A stretch of DNA of 64,000 bases from an uncultured Verrucomicrobiae bacterium. GTDB taxonomy: Bacteria > Verrucomicrobiota > Verrucomicrobiia > Chthoniobacterales > UBA10450. This document shows positions 57,434 to 64,000 of this stretch, one piece after another (within the stretch, counting starts at the first letter, position 1; every line of letters begins with the position of its first letter). The notes beneath the pieces were generated by a model, which was not told where the DNA came from, ran no database searches, and saw only the letters and a list, made by a program, of their open reading frames with translations. Both the position numbers and the translations under genes were made by a program. The stretch is from contig CAVYXA010000005.1 in assembly GCA_963772365.1 (NCBI GenBank), positions 1-64,000 of the forward strand, written 5' to 3'.

Positions 57434-58018
57434 ATGAGGGCTACAATCGAACCACCGAGTCCGATCGGTTCTGATAAACGGCTTTACACGTACAACGAGT
57501 TGGTGGCAGAAATGCCCGAATCAAGCCAGCCCACCGAATTGTGGGACGGAGAATTGATCATGTCGCCAGCGCCATCGTTTTTTCACCAAAAGATCGTCTT
57601 TCGCTCCCAGAAGGCGCTTAACGACTGGGTTGTCGCTCGTCGGTTAGGCGAGGTTGTCGGCGCGCCTATCGATATGGTCCTATCGCCACACCGGGTAGTG
57701 CAACCGGATGTCGCCTTTATCGCGAAAGAGCGGCTGAATATTATTGAGCGGGCAATCATGGGTCCGGCCGATCTTGTCCTGGAAGTGATTTCACTCGGCG
57801 GACGCAATCGCGATCGGATAGAGAAACGTGACCTCTACGAGCAATACGGAGTCAAAGAGTATTGGATTATCGATCCTGAGTCGGAAACGGTCGACGTCTT
57901 GGAGTTAGTGAACGGGCGATTCGAGCTTGGCATGCGCTGCATAAATGGCCAGAGCGCAGCCTCGCGCCTACTACCCGGGTTTGAAATTGCGCTCGGATAC
58001 CTATTTGGCGGCGATTGA
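57434..58018 (+). CDS. Uma2-family (PD-(D/E)XK) endonuclease-like protein
   Basis: ELWDGELIMSPAP..HQ, VQPDV, DLVLEVIS, YEQYGVKEYWIIDP. Confidence 0.93.
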   Translation: MRATIEPPSPIGSDKRLYTYNELVAEMPESSQPTELWDGELIMSPAPSFFHQKIVFRSQKALNDWVVARRLGEVVGAPIDMVLSPHRVVQPDVAFIAKERLNIIERAIMGPADLVLEVISLGGRNRDRIEKRDLYEQYGVKEYWIIDPESETVDVLELVNGRFELGMRCINGQSAASRLLPGFEIALGYLFGGD

Positions 58019-58136
58019 TGCGCGTAGGTTCTGTCCACCTACATCCACCCTCCTGGCCTCAATTCTTGAATCTTCCCTCTGACTTGAACGTTGGATGTTG
58101 AGCGCTGAGCGTTCGGCGTTTTCCTCCTTTTCCAAC

Positions 58137-59264
58137 ATGAAAATAGCCTTTGTCGATCTTCATGCTCAGTATCTGAGCATTAAATCGGAAACCGATGCGG
58201 CGATTGCCGAAGTGATCGCTGAGTCGTCGTTTATTCGAGGCCCGCACGTAGACAAGTTCGAGAAGAACTGGGCCAAGACTGTCGGTGTAAAACATTGCAT
58301 CTCCTGCGCCAATGGAACGGATGCGCTTTACATCGCAATGCGCGCGCTTGGGATCAAGCCCGGCGATGAAGTCATTACCAGCGCGCACTCCTGGATCGCC
58401 ACCTCGGAAACGATTACCCAGGCCGGCGGACGCGTCGTCTTTTGCGATACGGAACAGGACACGTTCACTGTCGATCCTGCGGATATCGAAGCGAAGATCA
58501 CGCCGAGGACGGTCGGCATCATCCCAGTCCATTTGTACGGTCAACCAGCCGATATGGGCGCGATCATGTCGATCGCGAAGAAGCACAAGCTTTGGGTGAT
58601 AGAAGATTGCGCCCAGGCGCATCTCGCCCGGTACAAAGGACAATTTGTCGGAACATTCGGCGACATTGCGACCTTTTCGTTCTATCCCGGCAAAAATCTC
58701 GGCGCCTATGGCGACGCCGGATGCATCGTGACCGGCGACGATCGCCTGGCCGATTGGATGACAACTTTTGCCCGTCACGGCGGCAAAGGCGAGCACGTGA
58801 TGGAAGGGATCAATAGCCGGATGGACGGCCTGCAAGGGGCAATTTTGAACGTGAAATTGCCGCACCTCGCTGCGTGGACAACAGCCCGGCAGCAAATCGC
58901 AGCGCGATATGATGAGTTCCTGAAAGATGTGACCGATGTCGTTACGCCAATCGTCGGGACGGGGCGCGAACACGTTTACCATCTCTATGTGATTCGCATA
59001 GAAAAACGGGATGCATTGCGGAAACATTTGGCCAATGCTGGCGTCAGCACGGTCCTAAATTATCCAAAGGCGCTGCCATTTTATCCGGCTTATTCCTATC
59101 TCGCTCATAAGCCGGAAGATTTCCCCGTAGCCCACGCGAATCAGTCGCGTATTCTTTCCTTGCCCATCTATCCTGAGATCTGGGACGAAATGATTTCTTA
59201 CGTGGCTGACTCCATTGGCGAGTTTATGAACGCCGGCGCGAGAAAAACCACCGCTGTCTCCTGA
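58137..59264 (+). CDS. DegT/DnrJ/EryC1/StrS aminotransferase
   Basis: NGTDAL, EDCAQAH, SFYPGKNLGAYGDAG. Confidence 0.95.
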   Translation: MKIAFVDLHAQYLSIKSETDAAIAEVIAESSFIRGPHVDKFEKNWAKTVGVKHCISCANGTDALYIAMRALGIKPGDEVITSAHSWIATSETITQAGGRVVFCDTEQDTFTVDPADIEAKITPRTVGIIPVHLYGQPADMGAIMSIAKKHKLWVIEDCAQAHLARYKGQFVGTFGDIATFSFYPGKNLGAYGDAGCIVTGDDRLADWMTTFARHGGKGEHVMEGINSRMDGLQGAILNVKLPHLAAWTTARQQIAARYDEFLKDVTDVVTPIVGTGREHVYHLYVIRIEKRDALRKHLANAGVSTVLNYPKALPFYPAYSYLAHKPEDFPVAHANQSRILSLPIYPEIWDEMISYVADSIGEFMNAGARKTTAVS

Positions 59265-59385
59265 TTTCAGCGTTTCAGTTTGTCAGCTTTTAAAATTCAG
59301 TCGCTGCCCACGCTCCTTCATCGCTACCCTCGCGATTTTACCTTCTATGTCGCTCTTCCCGATCGCTCCATTCAGTTTTTCGAGC

Positions 59386-59451
59386 CTGTCCTCTGCCATC
59401 AGTCGTCTGTCCTCCTCTTCTGACTTCTGATCTCTGACCTCTGACCTCTGG
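59386..59451 (+). repeat. Intergenic pyrimidine-rich heptamer array (CTGACCT-type) ending 2 nt before an ATG
   Basis: CTGTCCT CTGCCAT CAGTCGT CTGTCCT ... CTGACTT CTGATCT CTGACCT CTGACCT. Confidence 0.9.
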
Positions 59452-59453
59452 CT

Positions 59454-60068
59454 ATGCCTTCTCCTCTCAACGTCCTCTGCGTCATCGGAACGTCAGCGGC
59501 AACTTCTGCCACGCATGTGGTCGTTGGGCATATTGCAAAGCGACTTCAGGCATTAGGCGCCACGGTTGACGTTTTCGATCCCAGTAAAAAGGCGCTATTG
59601 CTTTTTAATCCCGAGTCCTCGTTTGGTGCGTCGGAGTTCCTGGAACTCAAGAAGCGAGTGGAGTTGGCTGACGTCTATGTACTGGCCACACCGGATTATC
59701 ACGGCAGCATTTCCAGCACACTCAAAAATTTTTTGGATCATTTTTGGCAGGAGTTTACCGGCAAGCTCTTTGTTGAAGTAGTTTGTTCTCCCGAAAAAGG
59801 TCTGACTGTCATCGATCAGCTCCGGACCGTCGCTCGTCAATGCTACGCCTGGACGTTGCCCTACGGCTTATCTGCTGCTCCCACGGATGTGAAAAAGAAC
59901 GAGATCGTCGGCGATGCTCTTCGTGAGCGGATCGAAATGCTCGTTCATGATCTCAAAGTTTACGGCGTCATTCTTCGCCAGCAGCGTGCGGCTGACTTGT
60001 CGGGTTTCGATCCGAGCTTCTTAACTCGATTACGCCGGCACGGATCCGCGGCCGGTTTGGCAGGTTGA
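59454..60068 (+). CDS. NADPH-dependent FMN reductase family protein
   Basis: ADVYVLATPDYHGSISSTLKNFLD. Confidence 0.85.
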   Translation: MPSPLNVLCVIGTSAATSATHVVVGHIAKRLQALGATVDVFDPSKKALLLFNPESSFGASEFLELKKRVELADVYVLATPDYHGSISSTLKNFLDHFWQEFTGKLFVEVVCSPEKGLTVIDQLRTVARQCYAWTLPYGLSAAPTDVKKNEIVGDALRERIEMLVHDLKVYGVILRQQRAADLSGFDPSFLTRLRRHGSAAGLAG

Positions 60069-60077
60069 TTCCACCCC

Positions 60078-61108
60078 ATGCCATCACTTAAGAAACCGAT
60101 TTTCATAGTCGGCTTGCCCAGAACTGGATCAAAGCTGTTGATGAATATCATCAACAACAATGCTTTGACCAATTATCATGTTGCCAATGAAGTGCAGTTC
60201 TTCGGTCATTCTCGGCTCGGGCGGGTCCTTCAGAGACGTCGGGGCATAATGCCAATTATCGAAAGGGAACGAAGTGGTTCCGGCCGGATCAACTGGGAGC
60301 GCGCAGTCGATCGCTTGTATTCGGGCGAAGCCAAGGGCGTTCACTGGAACGGTCTCAGTGGCGGCTGGTTGAACATTCCCAAGAGCAAACTTTTGCAAAG
60401 TCTGTCGCAAACGGATGAGAGCCCGAGATCAATCTATGAAGCCATTCTAGCCACGCAGGAAAAGGAGTACAGCGGTTACGGCGACAAAAGCGGCCCGAAT
60501 CTTTATTTTGTGGATGAGCTTCTGAGCTGGTTTCCTGATGGGAAGGTAATTCAAATCATCCGCGATCCGCGGGCGATCCTGACTTCCCAACACAAGCGAT
60601 TGCTCTCGATGTTGGATACAAAAGCGGGGCGCCGGGTCTTGTCACGAAAGTCAAGAAACTGTGCTACAGCCCGATGATCGTCCTCTATATTCTAACGTAT
60701 TGGGGATACGCCATTTGGGTGGACAATCGATTATCGCGATCGCATCCCAATAACTATCTTGGCATTCAGTTCGAGAAATTGATTGCGAAGCCGGAGGAGA
60801 CGACAAGAACGATCTGTCAATTCCTCTCTATTCCGTGGGACGCCAGAATGATCGCGCCGCCGAAACGGGATTCCAGTTATATTGATCCCAGCGATATTCG
60901 AAAAAAAGTCGACCGCGGCACGGGCATGGATCAAGAGGCGACCGACCGTTGGCGTGTCCACATCCGGCCGTGGATGAAACTGGCTGCGAACATTTACGGT
61001 TCGCTCTTTTATCCTGCCGCTTTGGCGAGATTCGGTTACGTGGATCATAACGTTTCGCGCTCTGTCGTTTCCAGTAAGGAAACAATGGCGTCCGTTCCGA
61101 AAGGATGA
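60078..61108 (+). CDS. Sulfotransferase, one frameshift near 60645
   Basis: PIFIVGLPRTGS, GDKSG, IIRDPR; second ORF QFEKLIAKPE..ICQFL. Confidence 0.85.
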
Positions 61109-62652
61109 GAACGGAAGAAGTCCATAGTCTGATCCTGGGCGCGGGGACTTCTGGTCTTGCCGCTGGACACGTCCTAGCAAAGGCCGGCCTTAATCCCGTG
61201 ATCCTGGAAAAAGATTCCGCGCCTGGCGGTTTATTTCGATCCATTCAGAGGGGCGACTTCGTCGTCGATATCGGCCGCAAGGAATTATACAATCGGATTG
61301 CCAAGGTTGATGCGTTCTGGAGCGAGCTTCTGGGAGGCGATTATCGCGACTATTCCCATCGCGGCGGGATCCTCTTCAACGGACATATCATCGACATGTC
61401 CCCGGCCTTTCGCGGATTTCGCCGCGGTATGCCATGGACCATGTTGCTTGGATGCGGTCTTGATTTTCTCTGGTCGCGCGCCAGACCGAGTAAACCTGCG
61501 CCGCGAAATCTCGAAACCTACTTTTACCAAAAACGTGGACGCCGTCTTACCCAGATCGCCGCGCAAGGTTTTCAGGAAAAACTGAATGGACACAAATGGT
61601 CGGAGATCGCCCTCGCGGAAAACTATAAGAACGGCGCCGACGCCAGTTTCTTTTCAACCGTCAGTGGCCTGGTCACACGCATCACTTCTCGAAGGGAAGT
61701 GAACACCTACAAAGGGATCTGGCGGCATCCCGCCAAAGGCACTGGCCAAATTTGCGAGAAACTAGCGGAACATATCCTTAAGCTGGGAGGAGTGATTCAC
61801 TACAAGGCGCAAGTCACGGCAATGGCCTGCGTTTCTGATGACGGACGGCAGAGGGCAGAGGACAGAGGACAGAGGACAGATGTCAGAACTCAGTCGTCAA
61901 TCGTCAGTCATCAGTCATCCGGTCAGCGCATTGACACAGTTACCGCGCAGATCGGTGAGGAAACGATCTGTTTCAAGCCATCGCACGTTGTCTCCAGCAT
62001 CCCCCCCGGATTGCTCAAGCGTTTTTTGTACACAGGTGCGGCGTCTCCGTCATCAGCCATCGGTCCTCAGTCGTCTGCTGCGAGTGCGCCAAAGCGCACT
62101 GTGATCCTCGTCTATTTGTTCCTGAACGAGGAACCACGTTTCCCACACGCCTGGCTCCAGGTAACTTGTCCGAGCACACAAATTGGCCGGATCACCAATT
62201 ACGCTGCGTTCAGTCGCGACATGGTCCCACAGGGCAAAACCTGCCTTTGCTGCGAGCTGTATTGCTTCGGGCCGGACGAACTCCTCGAAATGAACGACCA
62301 GGCAATTGTCGATCTTACACTTTCCGACTGCGCGAAGTCGGGCCTGCTGGATCGGGCAAAATGCTTTGATCATCTGGTTTTGCGGCTTCCGGGCGCAGAC
62401 GCATCGCAAAACCGGGACAACTGGATGAGCCCGGAGCGGATGAAGCTCCTGTCTGAGCTGGAGCAGTTCAAAAATCTGTACTACGTCAATCGCACCGAGA
62501 CAGACATTGCCACCTTGGCCGGGTTGGAAGCCGCCGAATCGATTGTGTCGGGTGACCGGACACATTTCGATCGGCGGGTCGATCCCGCCGAACTGGGGAT
62601 CAGGAGCGAATCCAAAGCCTTCGAATTCCAACTCCCCGTCGTGTCCGAGTGA
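61105..62652 (+). CDS. FAD-dependent oxidoreductase (protoporphyrinogen oxidase/amine oxidase-like fold)
   Basis: ILGAGTSGLAAG..ILEK..PGG; heptamer inserts at 61835-61926 and 62043-62077. Confidence 0.85.
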   Translation: MRTEEVHSLILGAGTSGLAAGHVLAKAGLNPVILEKDSAPGGLFRSIQRGDFVVDIGRKELYNRIAKVDAFWSELLGGDYRDYSHRGGILFNGHIIDMSPAFRGFRRGMPWTMLLGCGLDFLWSRARPSKPAPRNLETYFYQKRGRRLTQIAAQGFQEKLNGHKWSEIALAENYKNGADASFFSTVSGLVTRITSRREVNTYKGIWRHPAKGTGQICEKLAEHILKLGGVIHYKAQVTAMACVSDDGRQRAEDRGQRTDVRTQSSIVSHQSSGQRIDTVTAQIGEETICFKPSHVVSSIPPGLLKRFLYTGAASPSSAIGPQSSAASAPKRTVILVYLFLNEEPRFPHAWLQVTCPSTQIGRITNYAAFSRDMVPQGKTCLCCELYCFGPDELLEMNDQAIVDLTLSDCAKSGLLDRAKCFDHLVLRLPGADASQNRDNWMSPERMKLLSELEQFKNLYYVNRTETDIATLAGLEAAESIVSGDRTHFDRRVDPAELGIRSESKAFEFQLPVVSE

Positions 62653-62738
62653 TCCGTCCTCCGTCCTCTGACTTCTGACTTGTGTCGTGTGTCGCCCATC
62701 CGTCCTCTGAACACTGACCTCTGACATCTGATCTCTGA
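62653..62738 (+). repeat. Intergenic pyrimidine-rich heptamer array complementary to the in-gene array at 61845-61890
   Basis: TCTGACATCTG (62720-62730) is the reverse complement of CAGATGTCAGA (61877-61887). Confidence 0.9.
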
Positions 62739-62744
62739 AATAGA

Positions 62745-64000
62745 ATGCCTCCCCAACTGGCATTAGTTATAACGCTCGTTTTCGTTGCCTGGTTATTCTG
62801 GCGTGACATTGGCGAGAAGCCAAACATCACAGGCGCGATCTGGCTGCCTACGATATGGATGTTCCTCGTCGCTTCGAAAGCTCCTTCTAAATGGCTTAGC
62901 ATCCTGGGTTTTCCTGGCCTTATGGCCACTTCCACCGAAGAGGGAAGCTCGTTTGACGCTGCAACGTTGCTCGTTTTGATTGCTTTGGGCATTTGGGTTT
63001 TGGCCAAACGGCGAGTCGGTCTGACCGAGTTTGTTCGGGATAATCCGTGGCTTACCCTGTTCATCTTCTACTGTTTTCTCGCCACGTTTTGGGCGGATTT
63101 ACCTTATGTTTCTTTTAAGCGCTGGATCAAAATATTGGGTCACCCTGTGATGGTTTTGGTCCTATTTACGGAGCCGAACCCGATGGAGGCGTTTACTCGG
63201 ACGGTCAAACGCTGTGCTTACGTGATTCTGCCTGTCTCAATTCTTTGGATAAAATATTTTCTCCATCTCGGTCGCAAGACTGGCGAGTGGGGAGGATCGG
63301 CAAACTGCGGTGTTGCTGCAGGGGCAAATGCTCTGGCTGGTACTTGCATGCTATTAGCGCTGTTCTTCTTGTGGTATGGACTCCAATTGCTTCAGACAGA
63401 TAAGACCCGATGGCGGCGCAACGAAATTCGCCTCGTTGTTTTCCTGCTTTGGATGACTGGGTATTGCTTGGTGAAGGCAGGCAGTGCAAACGCCGATTTG
63501 TCCCTTGTAATTGGGATAGGGACGATGGTCTTTATTAGTTTGCGCTCCGTTAACAAAAAGCAGATTGGCGCCTACGCTCTCGCGGCAATTATTGCGTTCG
63601 TCGTGGCACAGATGACATTTGATGTTTACGGAATCATAGTAGGGCTAACTGGACATCAGACCACGATAGAAGGACGAGGCAGGCTCTGGCAGACATTGCT
63701 GGAAAGTGACACGAATCCACTTTTCGGAGTAGGATTTGAAGCCTATTGGCTCGGTGAGCGTGCCGAAAGGATTTGGGCAATGCCGGAATTTTGGTGGCAC
63801 CCAACGCAGGCCCACAATGGCTATCTTGAGTTGTATCTAAATCTCGGAATCATCGGCATCCTGATCTTCTTTGGGGTGATTGTGGCCGGCTTCCGGAAAA
63901 TTCGCCGCGACCTTCTGATAGATTTTGAGTGGGGAAGATTTGAAATAGCCTCTTTCGTCGCGATTTTGCTTCACAATTGGACCGAGGCGAGCTTCAAGGG
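62745..64000 (+). CDS. O-antigen ligase/Wzy-family membrane protein, partial (runs off the window)
   Basis: ATG 62745 MPPQLALVITLVFVAWLFWRD...; later NPLFGVGFEAYW and QAHNGYLELYLNLGIIG. Confidence 0.85.
   Translation, partial: MPPQLALVITLVFVAWLFWRDIGEKPNITGAIWLPTIWMFLVASKAPSKWLSILGFPGLMATSTEEGSSFDAATLLVLIALGIWVLAKRRVGLTEFVRDNPWLTLFIFYCFLATFWADLPYVSFKRWIKILGHPVMVLVLFTEPNPMEAFTRTVKRCAYVILPVSILWIKYFLHLGRKTGEWGGSANCGVAAGANALAGTCMLLALFFLWYGLQLLQTDKTRWRRNEIRLVVFLLWMTGYCLVKAGSANADLSLVIGIGTMVFISLRSVNKKQIGAYALAAIIAFVVAQMTFDVYGIIVGLTGHQTTIEGRGRLWQTLLESDTNPLFGVGFEAYWLGERAERIWAMPEFWWHPTQAHNGYLELYLNLGIIGILIFFGVIVAGFRKIRRDLLIDFEWGRFEIASFVAILLHNWTEASFK

Noticed and set aside
58059..59027. 322-aa minus-strand ORF
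   Set aside because: Antisense shadow of the DegT aminotransferase.

Overview
This window looks bacterial, most likely Verrucomicrobiota of the Chthoniobacterales/Spartobacteria type. That is inferred from a TGTTC-N4-GAACA LexA box, PEP-CTERM/exosortase genes and the integrase N-terminus. It holds two surface-polysaccharide loci. (1) About 2.6-41.6 kb: OM beta-barrel, Wza-like and Wzc export genes, then a long minus-strand operon (WecB/TagA GT, flippase, GT2/GT4s, sulfo-, methyl- and acetyltransferases, polymerase, initiating sugar transferase). An exosortase-EpsI fusion, two TPR-like paralogs, an O-antigen-ligase-like gene and PEP-CTERM proteins follow. (2) About 45-64 kb: LysR, sugar transferase, two Gfo/Idh/MocA + DegT sets, a Wzc-like protein, deacetylases, a sulfotransferase and others. 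Locus 1 lies between two direct copies of a ~1.08-kb module: hypothetical gene, XRE HTH gene, att-like arm, and the 5' half of tRNA-Thr(TGT) broken just after the anticodon loop. The left copy is followed by a second arm, a decayed tyrosine-integrase start and a gatA pseudogene. This suggests a ~42-kb island in a tandem array with unusual 5'-half polarity. The second striking signal is a family of 7-bp-period (also 8- and 9-bp) degenerate tandem arrays. They bracket a four-helix-bundle gene as inverted arms, sit in-frame inside many EPS proteins, and occur in complementary form just before start codons. Small toxin-antitoxin and Uma2 genes, GTAG-type REPs and an intact-looking IS3 element are interspersed. 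Many single-base frameshifts may be sequencing errors. All product calls come from motif recognition by eye; no database search was run.
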